A stretch of 64,000 nucleotides of DNA, from positions 146,570,001-146,634,000 of the forward strand of contig NC_058368.1 in assembly GCF_018350175.1 (NCBI RefSeq), written 5' to 3'. Below the pieces are notes generated by a model. It had not been told where the DNA came from, ran no database searches, and worked only from the letters and a program-made list of their open reading frames with translations. The number at the start of each line of letters is the position of its first letter. Within the stretch, counting starts at the first letter, position 1. This DNA comes from Felis catus. Taxonomy: Eukaryota. Below are positions 38,900 to 49,905 of this stretch, piece by piece. Both the position numbers and the translations under genes were made by a program.

Positions 38900-41039
38900 C
38901 CTCAGGGACAGTTAAATATAAATAATACAGCTGTAGACTCTATTCTGAACCTACCTTATATGTTTTCCTTTTTACTCCCTCTCCATTATAGGTACCTGAA
39001 GGGGAAAATCTGCCTTGGAGAAATCAAGCTGATATTCAGGGGTGTCACTTCATTTTAGTTATTTGACAGCCTGAAGAAGTGTTTAATTTTCTAAATAACG
39101 TTACAAACCAAACTAAAGGGAAAACATGTGGTATAAAGCTTTTCAACATTGTCCGTCTTCTGACGGGTGAAGTCTTCTTGAGAAAGTACCTTTGCCCAAT
39201 AATACTGCTCCTCGGCCAAGAGTTGTAATGTCCATGGACATTATAAGGAACTATAAATGTTAGAAGGCTAGAGGAATACATTTGGCAAGATAAAGGAAAA
39301 TATCTCAGGATGTAAGTAGTCTCTGACCCTTAATTTTTCTTCATGTTTTATCATGTAAAGATGGCATTACTTATAGTGACTGTTAATGTATTAACATTTC
39401 CTTGAAAATGGATATTAATCTGCTATTAGGTTTCCTTTGTAGGAATGTTTTACTTAGCTGTATGATGAAGGGAGAGCAGGGTAATAGAGAGATAATAAGC
39501 TTTTCAGATGGGCGGATCTACCACTTAGAAAGGACCCTTGGGCAAGACATATAAACTCTTCGGAACTCAACTAGATTTACTCAAATTTAAGAATGAGAAC
39601 AATAGTATATACTTCGAAATGTTTCAGAGAAAGGTCTATCCTAATGCCTGCAGTATAAATTCCAATAAAGATTCTTTAATTTCATTTTTCACCCTTTTTG
39701 AATGAAGTGATCTTGATTATAAAGTTGTTCTGAGGAGCTCTGAAGAGACCACTGTACCCAGTGTGAGGAATTGTGTTGTGGTAACAGCTCTGCTTTTAAT
39801 TGGGTGATTTTAGGAAAAGTCACTTTCTGAGGTTTAGTTTGCTTATCTGTTGAATCTAAAGGTTGAAATCCGATTCTGTTCTGTGACTCTGTTATTCTAA
39901 ATATTTAATGAAATAGAACTTCAATGTTAAGAATAGTAGTATGATAACTATACTAAGAATAAATAAGTCATTGTCATTATCAAACAAACAAAAAATTGAT
40001 TCCTAAATCCTATAATTAATAGTTACATTATTTACTGTCATGAGCTGATAAATATATAACTGAGAAGAAATGGATAACACACATTTTGAGAACTGAAATT
40101 CTAACAAAACTTCGACTTGTTTATCACTTAAAATGTAGCATCATGCAGAATGCATACAGTTTGCAAAAGAAACTTTGGAAAGAAACATGGTGGATGTGCA
40201 TGTACAGAAGTCTAGGCTTCTGCAAGTTTTAAAGTGTGAGTGTAAGGCCCACCTACTCAAAGAAATTCAGAGGGAAACTCAACTTTTTTCTTTAATCCTC
40301 ACTGTTGTGTTTGATATAATTTTCTAAGTAGAGACATCAGTGAGAAACATTATGAGGATGCTTCCATGTTTGTGTAGAAAGAAACGTTTGCTATCCATTC
40401 CAGTGTCCCCAGTGTTAAACTGATAGGCACCTTGGACTTATTTTCTTCCCATTGTATAAACTCATACTTGACTTCAAAGAAAAGGAAAATACAAAGTCCC
40501 TCTTTTCTAAGGGGCAGAAATCCTTTGTGCAACTGGTTGACCCTTGGCTCTCTAAGGTCCTATAGGAAATCTTTTGTAACACAATGCAGAGGACTCTTCC
40601 TTGTGTTGATGTTGTTTACATAGTTGGTGGGCCTGGCTGAAAACAAAAATCACATAAACTCATGAAAGATTAGGGTCCCATTTCCTGACCACAAGGAGGG
40701 GGATTGGTACATCCAAGCAGTCTGTTACTCAGAAAAATCATTAAATATTCTACCATGAGGGACACTTTGAAAAATTGAGAGAAAGGAAGAAGGAAGAAAG
40801 CAGAATCGAGACTTATGTACATTTGTGGCAGAGTAAGAGTTTAAATCCAACAAGGGATTTGCTTTGGGGAATTTACTGTCCAGCCCTTTATTACCAGGGT
40901 CTTTGTAAATTGTGCAGTGACGTTGGGCTCCCCTTTGGGCAGTTCCCAGGGAAGGCAGTTCTTACACTTTTCCTCTAGGTCTTAGAAGGATCTCATTTTC
41001 TCAATGTCTCTTTCAGGTTGGCAGAAGGCGCAAGAATGA

Positions 41040-41590
41040 CACTTCCCTCAGATGGGACAGGCAGGCTCTGTGGCCGCGTAAACACGCTGTAACCGAGTTC
41101 TTTGCTGATTTTTACAGAGTTTCATTAGCTCCCAAGAAGAACTGAGGGTGCTCAATTGTCTAGTGCTGGCCTGCCCCACAAGAGCCTGGGGGCTCCTTTC
41201 CCCTAACCCAGAACTGGCAGCGCAGGGGGCGGAGAAGTGGGGGTGGGGAGGGGTGGGAGGGCAGTGGTTTCTGTGCACACAGCGCGATGTTACTTAGTGA
41301 GTCGCTGAATGGGGAGCGTTGCTGTCCCCAAGCCGATTGGTACTTCTTGTCAGGAAGAAACGCCGAGAGGTGGGAGTGCCTGGGGAGGGAGGCAGGCGGT
41401 CCCTACCGCAGGCGCGGGGAGCTGCCTTTCCGCCCCTCTGCCTGCTTTCCAAGCCTGGGCTCTTAGGAGTGGCTGAAGCTGCGGAGCGCTTCAGGAGCCC
41501 GTGAATGAACCCTCCTCCTCTTCCTCCTCCTCCTCCTCGCTGAGTCTCCTCCTCGGTGCTGACGGTACAGTGATATAATGATGATGGGTG
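41040..41590 (+). promoter_or_regulatory. VCAN: VCAN proximal promoter
   Basis: TATAA 41574-41578, inverted CCAAT (gattgg 41335-41340), GC boxes (41225, 41429), (TCC)n 41511-41538, TCF/LEF-like ttctttgctgat 41098-41109, rising CpG density. Confidence 0.85.
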
Positions 41591-41879
41591 TCACAACCCG
41601 CATTTGAACTTGCAGGCGAGCTGCCCCGAGCCTTTCTGGGGAAGAACTCCAGGCGGGCGGGAGCCACAGCCGCGAACATTAGGTGCTGTGGACAGGCGCT
41701 GGGACCGGGATCTGCGGCCAGCCCCGCATCCTCCTGCATCCTTCAGCACCGTCCCGCACCCTCCTCACGCTTCCCCAGGCCACCGCGCTTCCTATGTGAC
41801 CCGCCCCGGCAACACCGAGCCCACTCGCTCAGCGCTGCGGTGATTTTTTCCCCCAAACTGCAATAAGCCGCCTTTCAAG
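41590..41879 (+). other. VCAN: VCAN exon 1 (non-coding 5' UTR); TSS approximate
   Basis: GC-rich segment after TATAA (41574), ending in donor AAG|GTAATC at 41879/41880. Closely resembles the human VCAN 5' UTR as recalled (...aaactgcaataagccgcctt[c/t]caag). Confidence 0.88.
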
Positions 41880-42408
41880 GTAATCACGTTTCTTTTGTTC
41901 CCCTTAAAAAAAAAAAAAAAAAAGAAAGAAAAAAAAAAAAGGAAAAAAAGACGAGCGAGCTTAGAAAAACGAAGTACATTGTAATTGGTAGAACACTTTA
42001 ATTAAAGCAAAGAGAACTAGCTGTAAGGCGAAGTTAAGAAAATATATGCACTTTAAAAATGCAGGTAACTTTCAGAAGGACGTTTGGAGAGAGGAATACC
42101 GAGGGACCGTGGTGCTGAAAAGATGCAGACAAAAGAAGTCCGGAATCGGGTGGGGGTAGAAGGACTAACGGAATTGGGGGAAGGGAGGGAAGAGAATTGT
42201 AGCGAACCCTTAGAAAAGTCGTGGGGTCTTGAGCTGGAGAGCAGGAGGGACCAATGGCACCTTGAGCTTTTTTTTTCTTTTCTTTTTTCTTTTTCCTTTC
42301 TTTCTTTTTCTTTTCTTTCTTCTTCTTTTTCTTCTTCGTCTTTTTTTGTTTGTTTTTTGTTGTTTTTTGTTAACCTGCTCGAGGCAAAAGTTTGAATGGG
42401 GACTCCCG

Positions 42409-42430
42409 AGACTTGCCCACTTGCAAGTCC
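42409..42430 (+). promoter_or_regulatory. candidate p53 response element in intron 1
   Basis: AGACTTGCCC (perfect RRRCWWGYYY), spacer AC, then TTGCAAGTCC (CWWG core intact, two purine mismatches). Confidence 0.55.
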
Positions 42431-44299
42431 CCGAAGCCGCCTTGGTGCGGGCCACCTGGCTCCCGGGCCCCTGGTGTGTGGTCAGTACCTGGTGTTCCTG
42501 GAATGCTGTTCCAGGGCAGCTCCTGACAGGACGGTCCTGCGCCCCAGCAGCCCGGGACCTGAGCGGACGTGACCCCCTCTGCCCGCAGGCAGTCTGGGAA
42601 GAGGTCCGGCAGGGAGATGGGCAGGGTCCCCCGGCTGCGTCTCTTTGGGGACTTGGGGGCTGTCAAGGCCCTCCTCGGTGCCCCAGGGTTCTTTTGTCCT
42701 GCGCGCGGAGCGCGGAGGACGGCCGGGAGGGAGCAGGGTATGGGGGTGGGGTTGTTGGAGTGCCGCGGAGGTCTGGGAAGCTCCTGGGCGGGAAAAGCTT
42801 GACTTGAATCATCAGAGATGTGCAAGAATTTTATCTCACCCAGAAGAGCGAAGTGGAGCCTTCCACTGTGGTCTCAACGAACAAACCCCGTGCTCAGAGC
42901 GCTCTGCAGACAAAGGTGGCGCGGGGACCCGAATCTCGGGCCTCTAGGACCAGCCCTCTCGCCCCGAAAACAGCAGTTCTCCTTTTTCTTCCATCTCCCC
43001 ACCCCCTCCCAGCTCTTGGCCCTAGTTGAGCAACTTTACAAGCTAGCGGAGCGGCCGGGGAGAGCGTGTGCCGGGAGCCCCTGGGGACGCCCTAGGCTGG
43101 AGCGTCCCACCACCCTGCAGAGGTGTGGGCGCCTCCGGACGACATCCCTAGTACGCGCGGATATGGGGGCATCAGGGTTGTCCCGGCTCGCTGTCTGTGT
43201 CACTAGGCGTGGAGCGGCCACTGTGTTAGGCAGAGGAGAACGAGGTAGAAAAACAGTGTCATAGCTTAAACTATTTGCTCTCCTATCCAGCTGCGCCCCA
43301 GCAAGTCCTGCTTGTCCCCGGGAGATACAGCGGGAGGGAGGAGAAATCTACGCAACCTAGGGAGAGCTGTCCCACCGTGCGCACACCCACAGACTGAAAG
43401 ACAGTCTTGCTATCTATGTCGCGTTTCTCATCTTTGTCTCTCCGTCTTCTGGCTCCATCTTCTCTGCCTCCCTTCCCTTCTCCCAGCCTTTGCTCAGTCT
43501 CTTGCGCTCCTACGTCCCCTCCCCCACGGCTGACAAATGAATGGCTAGTGTGAAATCCCTGCCTCCCGGATCGGCAGAAGCAGGCAAGGAGGGAGGAGCG
43601 AGAGAGGCTGGGAGCTCCCTCGGATCTGCCCCCAGTTGGCGTGCTAAGGGCTTGCAGAACCCAGATGTCTAGGAATAGGGTGTTTTGTGGCGGATGTGGG
43701 CGCCCCCTGATGGACAAGTTCAGCACAGGTGGAGGAAACCGATGCCCCCCCACCAAAAAAACCAAGGAAGCCACTTTTACAACCATACATTCAATGATGA
43801 AGAACCTTTAGTCGTTAGTTTTAAATTTAAGAATATGCGACGCAAATCCAGGGGTTTGAAGGACCAGGAATGGAGACCTTGCCTTTGTGAGGTACGGAAG
43901 CGCGCTTGCTCCCAAGTCCGCGGGGATGTGCTCACTGCTCTCAGCCAAGTCTGCAGCTTGGTGGAGAAGGACACATGGCCTGGGGCGGATCCAAGTTTTG
44001 GAGGGCTTGATGTTCAGTCTTAAGTATTACTTTCAGAAATATAGTACAGAATGCCTTACTTTTGGAAACTGTACTAAAGCCCTTCACCACTTGAACCCAA
44101 TGCTAGGGCCCTGCCTCAGGATATTGCAAAGGAAAGGCCCCTAATCCAAAGTTTAAACTTACTCAATTTCAAAACACAATCGAACGTGGAATTTGCGGGG
44201 AAGAAGTGCCCCGGGAGGAAAAAGAAGAGAAGGGATGGGAAGAAGAAGGGGACGGTGGAAGAAGTGTAAGAAAGGAACAGAGATATGGATGAAGCATGC

Positions 44300-44830
44300 A
44301 AACAGCCAGGAGAAGGCCGGTAGGGTACGTTTCGAGGTTTGAGGCTGAATTTCGCGTCTCCTTTTGATATATTTTAAGTCCCATACGCGACAACAAACGC
44401 GACTGAAGAGGCATGCCAGGATGGAAGGAAGCTAGCCCTTTAGAGGGGTTGGGGCCGCCAGCCGACCCCCACTCTCTCAGCGGGCGCGGAGGTAGGAACC
44501 GCGCCGGGCGCTCCTCGATGCGCCGGAGTTCACGAGCCGCCGCCACGTGGGCTGGGACTTCAGCTCTCGGCCCGAGACGGGTGTGACTTGGGCTCAGAGA
44601 CAACTGCTGCGCGGAACCGGCTGTCCGCCCAGCCTGAGGCTGGCGGGGCGCCTCGGGTCCCCGCCTAGAGGCCAATAAGGGCGGGGCCTTGCTCTTTCCG
44701 GAGGGCGGGGGTGGGGGCGGGGGCGGGGCGGGGAAAGGCGGGGCGGGGCGGGGCTCACTGGTGTGAGCTCCGTGGTCTCGCACCCGGCGCTGAAGCTGCT
44801 GGCTGCTGTTACAGGCTACCCGACTGCTGT
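44300..44830. promoter_or_regulatory. second CpG island in intron 1 with CCAAT and GC-box cluster
   Basis: Dense CpG; gccaat 44671-44676; repeated GGGCGG at 44679-44753. Confidence 0.75.
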
Positions 44831-47475
44831 CCAGAAGGTGCTAAACGCTCTTATTAACAGTTTGAAAAACATTTTTCTCGCTTCTTGGGAGTGGTAGGAG
44901 GAGTTTTTGCCTTTTGACAGGGAGGAAGTAAAGATATACTCCAAGCAGATTTTTTTTTTTTGGCAGAAAAATGACATGAGTTTATTCTGTGCTCCATATA
45001 TTGACTTTTTAAATATGTTCAAGTCAGTTTGAAGACTATTTTCAGTCAATTACAGGACTGATGGAATTCCAATGAGCGCAAACATTAAGGGGCTGGGGGT
45101 GTAACTCAGGTCCCTGGGCATCAGGATCCTTAGCTCGGTCCCGCCCACAGTGGGAACTCAGCACATACTTATCAAACGACTGAGCTAGTAACCCCGGGGG
45201 AATGGGGCACAGTCTAGACGCTGCCACTTACACGCTGCATTTTAAACTCTCCTGCTTCCTCGCTTTGCCTCGGAAGAACGGGACTTTAAGTCTCTCTGAG
45301 ATCTCAAATTTTCGTATCTAATTGATTCACGTTCCCTTTCTTTTTGACTCCTTCTAAAAGCTGTGACCTAAATTATTTTAAGCACTGCTTGACAGCTGTG
45401 CCAAACCTATCATGCAAATATTCATGTGAAGTCCTAAAATAGGATGTTTTGAGTTTAATATAAAAATGGGAAACCATTAGTGGAAGCAACAACTAGTTTC
45501 CTGAGATAAAATCTGTTCCCTGTTTGGAGAATATGTAGTTTGGAGGTAAGAGCATATCAAGCAGAAGGTCTCAGGGACTGACTTGTAGTGCTGATTCCTC
45601 AATGAAGAAAGGAATATTTCACAATTGTGTATGCCTGTCCCAACTAATACTGCAAAGGGTTCCAATGGATTCCAAAGTGATTGAGCAATGACTTCCTCCA
45701 GCAGGAAGTCCACAGTCCTTAATCTTATGGTTGGTGGGAAGAGGGATGAGATTAAGACAATCTGAGGATTTATGTCAGAACTCAAATTTTGTTTTGTTTT
45801 TCATAGTAGATAAACTAAAAGTTATTCCTAAATTGTATTTCCTCCTTTAAAAAACTGAAGTTTGAAAAGAATCTCTCTAGATTTAAATGTTTACACATGT
45901 AGGTTTCCTCTAATTCTCTGTGCTTACAAACTGGAGGGGAATGTCTCTGATATTCTAAGATACCTATATCTGCATGCTTGGAAATTCTGTTTGAAAGGAC
46001 CTAAAAAGCTAACCTAAGGCTGAATATGATTAGTGTTAAAAGATATAGTCTTTGCTCTCTCTTTCCTCACCTTATTATTATAAGTACTTTGTGGTTGATA
46101 ATTGGTCACTAATTGAGCTTGAGAGCACAGAGATCCACCAAGGCCGTCTCCCAGTAGTCATATAACCAAGCTCTTCTTTCCTAGTGCAGTTTAAGCCTTT
46201 TTGTTGACTTCATTCATGGACAGACCTCCCTGGAAACTGTATTTAAAATGGGATATTACCCTGTGACTGAGGCCAACTTCTCAAGACACATGGTTCTTTT
46301 GAGGAGAAGAATGAGTGAATATAGTTAGGCGATTATTTCACCACCCACCTAGAGAAACCAGTTAGGACTCACAAACACTCATTGTTGGGGGTGAGTTGCT
46401 GTAGTCTGAACAAACATGCTGATTGTTGCATAGGTCTCTACTTTACCAGAAAACACAAGGCTGGTACTCCCTCTGATTGGGAATCAGAACAAAGGGAAGT
46501 AGAGATAATTACTGAATTTTTGCTAGCTTCCTCTGACAGCCTAGGTTTAGTAAACTACACATATGCACACATATACATTTATGCATTTATATTGTATTTA
46601 TATGTATTCTCTAGGTTTTTTGGTTTTATTGATTGATTGATTGATTGATTGATTTATATTGACTGCTGGCTTCTTATCCCTGAATGTGTCAGGGTGGTTG
46701 TGTTTCATTGGTCAGTGCAAAGTATCTTTGTTGAATGTGTTTGCCTGTTATGTTTCCTGAAACTACTCTGGATGGATCTGTCATCTATAATAGGTCATAA
46801 ATGCAGATCTATGTTTAAATTTACCTGATTTCTGCCACTCTCTATATATCCTACTTTCTTCTTCTAAGAATTTTAAGGGGTGTTTATGTTTATAAAAATG
46901 AGATTACATAGCTTATTATAAACACATACATAATATGTAAGCTGTAATCTTTTTTTTTTTTAAATTACTGAGTTGCTATCACCTGTGGTGTGGTAGAATG
47001 ATCACTGACTTGGAATCACAAAGCTTGATATCAAAATCTATTAAATGGATATATAGTTATACACATCAAAAGGGTGACTATCTCTGGGAAACTTTGGCAA
47101 ATGAAAAACTATACAAATAAGTGGTGTTAATATATTACATCCATGGGACTCATACTGATATATTCTATAGTCTTAATAAAAACACCATTACCCAAATGAC
47201 ATATTTCCTACTAAATCCATAAAGTGAGTTAGATAGGGGCATTTTGCTTTAAAAATTGTCTAGTTTCACTGAACAGGAGACAGAGTCCAGAAATATACTA
47301 AAATGGACATGGAAATTCAGTGGATAAGAAAGATTATTCAACAAATGGTTTGGAAACAACTGATTGGTCCATTCAGAGTAAGAGTCAACCTCTACCTCAT
47401 TTCTTATCCTCAGATAAAGTTAAGATAGAGCACGTATGAAATGTAGAGAATGACATTTAAAAAATAACTAGAGGT

Positions 47476-47735
47476 GGGGTGCCTGGGTGGCTCAGTGGGT
47501 TAAGTGTCGGACTTGAGCTCAGGTCATGATTTCATAGTTTGTGGTTTCAACTGCCCACCCCGCCCCCCTGCCCCGCCCCATGGGTCAGGTCAGGCTCTGT
47601 GCTGACAGCTCAGAGCCTGGAGTCTGGTTCGGATTCTGTGACTCCCTCTCTCTCTGCCCCTCCCCCGCTGACCCTCTGTCTCTCTCTGTCTCTCAAAAAA
47701 TAAATAAATGTTAAAAACAAATGAATAAAAAATAA
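47476..47735 (+). mobile_element. Can-SINE with C-rich expansion
   Basis: Head ggggtgcctgggtggctcag; extra (GCCCC)-like run at 47553-47579; flanks aaaaataac..gagg. Confidence 0.9.
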
Positions 47736-47809
47736 CGAGGAAATTATAGGATTTTTAAAATAATAAAATAGAAATAGAGAAATCTGTTTTAAGCAAAAGT
47801 AAAGATCCA

Positions 47810-48032
47810 GGGGCACCTAGGTGGTTCAGTCAGTTAAGCGTCCGACTCTCAGTTTCAGCTCAGGTCATGATCTCATGGTTTCATGAGTTCAAGCCCCACG
47901 TTGGGCTCTGTGCTGACAGTGCGTAGCCTGCTTGAGATTCTCTCTGTCTCTCTGCCCCTCCCCCTGCTCACACTGTGTTTGTGTCTCTCAAAATAATAAA
48001 GAAAGCTGAAAAAATATTTTTTTTTAAAAAGG
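47810..48032 (+). mobile_element. Can-SINE
   Basis: Head ggggcacctaggtggttcag; TSD aaagatcca(g) at 47801 and ~48034. Confidence 0.92.
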
Positions 48033-49672
48033 AAAAGATCCAGAAGCCGTACTAGAACAGACTGGTAGGTATGAGTAAATAACAAATTATTTACACAAAA
48101 ACAAATAACACATTTGGAAAACATCAGCAACATAAGATAGACAAAGAGCTAATAACTCTTTGGATATAACAAGAACTTTTACAAATCAGTGAAAGACCAC
48201 AGTCTATCTAAAAACTGTCACATGTGATATGTAGGCAGTTGGCAGAAGAAGAAATGTGTTTTTAGTCATATGAGAAATTGCTCATCCTCATCCATAATTA
48301 AAGAAATAGTAATTAAAAAATGATATGCTGCATTATTTTTTCAACCACAGCAGTAAAGATTTAAAAAGTTTGATAAAAATTTGTTTTGGCCAGGTTGTAG
48401 AGAAATTGGGTCTCTCATATACTACTGTGGCAATATGAATAGGTCCATCTTCTTTACAAAATAATTTGGTAATAGCTATCAGAAAAATTTAAAACTGCAT
48501 ATACTCTTTGACCCAGCAATTTTTATTCTAGATATTGTCATATAGATATTGGTACAAATATCACCCAAGATGAATGGACAAGGACAACCTTTGCAGCATT
48601 GTTTAATACAAAAATTTGGAAACACTGTAAAGGCTCCTCATAAGGCTCATCATCTATGTGCTTTGGTGAAAATAGAGCCTGGGAAAGGGAACAGAGAGTG
48701 CAGTGTTTTAGAGTAATGAGGAAGGAGTTAGGCAGAGAAAAGAGCACCACTAAGGGGCAATGACATGAAAAAGCTTAGTTAAGTCCAGCTTCAGGAATCC
48801 AATTGGAGGTTAATGATAAATTCACATGGGGCCATTGCTCCTCTGAAGTAAGTTCAGAGTTAAATAAGATTTCTTGTTTAACCATGAGATTTTTCTCTGC
48901 ATTACAGTGATTCCTCCTGTGAGAAATCACCCAGGAGCAATATGATAGGTAGTACTCATTATATCCACCTTGTGGTTGAGATGTCCTGGACAATTGGTTG
49001 TCTAGGTTTACTAATTTGAAGACTAGAAGGCAAGAAGTCTGTGTCCCTAAGTCACCCTTTGCTCACCAGATCTTCCACAAGATTAAGGGAGAATATTAAA
49101 CATCTTGGCCATCTTTCTTCAAGGCAGCCCTTCCTGGGCATGGCTCTTACCCTGTGTGCAAGACATGTCTCATGGTAGGAGTCCTATTGACCTTGTCTCT
49201 TGTGTTCTCCCAGGCAATTAAACAGCCTCAGTCAGCTGTGCCTTGATTGTTCAGTGACTTTCTCCTCTTCTCATTGACTACAGTGGAGTGAAGGCTAAAT
49301 ATAGGCACTGGCTTTCATATCTCTCAGGTCTTTCTTTGCAGAAAGACTTGTTATCACTAGCAGATTATGCTTACAAGACAGACACCGAAGAGCAAAAGAA
49401 TAGAAGTGGGTGTTGGAGAGGTGCTAAAAAAAAAAAAAAAAAAAAAAAGAAAGGTCTTAAAAGTTTTTCTTATTTAGCAACATCAAATGCAGAAGGTAAA
49501 CAGTGTGCCTTAACAACCGTGAACATGGACATAGCCTTAAGAAAATTAGAGAAATGGAATGAATGCCCATAGAGTCCCAGGAAGAGGCCACAGAAATATA
49601 GTTCTAAGGCAATTAAGGTCAGTAAAAACACTCTGAGATATTTACTAAAGAGATAAATGGCCATTCTTTAAA

Positions 49673-49905
49673 TCAAGTGTTGCAAGCTCAGGTGCTTACA
49701 GGGAACAGGCATGGAGTAGAAATGCATGAGAAACCAAGTGGGGCCAGTGATAACCTTGAGTTCATGAAGCCAAGGTGAGAGGCTGCTCCTTGCCTAGTGC
49801 TGATTATTGGCCAGCAGGAATATGCACCTAGAATTGTTTGATCTGATTTTTCAAAAGAGATCTGAGACTTATTGTGAAAACTCCAATTTTTAAATGCTGG
49901 GAATT
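49673..49905 (+). mobile_element. MER102-like hAT transposon, 5' part
   Basis: gttgcaagctcaggtgcttacaggg..caggc ... tgatttttcaa...tgtgaaaactccaatttttaaatg. Confidence 0.6.

Larger units (their letters stand above)
41200..43400. promoter_or_regulatory. CpG island over promoter, exon 1 and start of intron 1
   Basis: Visibly high GC and CpG content compared with the CpG-poor flanks; interrupted by A-rich and T-rich tracts at 41906-41950 and 42268-42368. Confidence 0.8.
47270..48640 (+). mobile_element. old L1 (L1ME/MC-like) ORF2-3' fragments in intron 1
   Basis: agagtccagaaat, ttattcaacaaatggt, gtagagaaattgg..ctctcatatact, ctttgacccagcaatt. Confidence 0.65.

Noticed and set aside
1..41000. Exons of a neighbouring upstream gene (XRCC4 by recalled synteny)
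   Set aside because: No recognisable coding exon from another gene was seen in this interval.
41048..44783. Many overlapping ORFs up to 204 aa on both strands
   Set aside because: Expected in stop-poor GC-rich CpG islands; low-complexity products, mostly non-ATG starts, no recognisable domains.
45411..45426. Octamer ATGCAAAT within a quasi-palindrome (also at 25818)
   Set aside because: Isolated 8-mers are expected by chance in 64 kb of AT-rich DNA; no supporting context.
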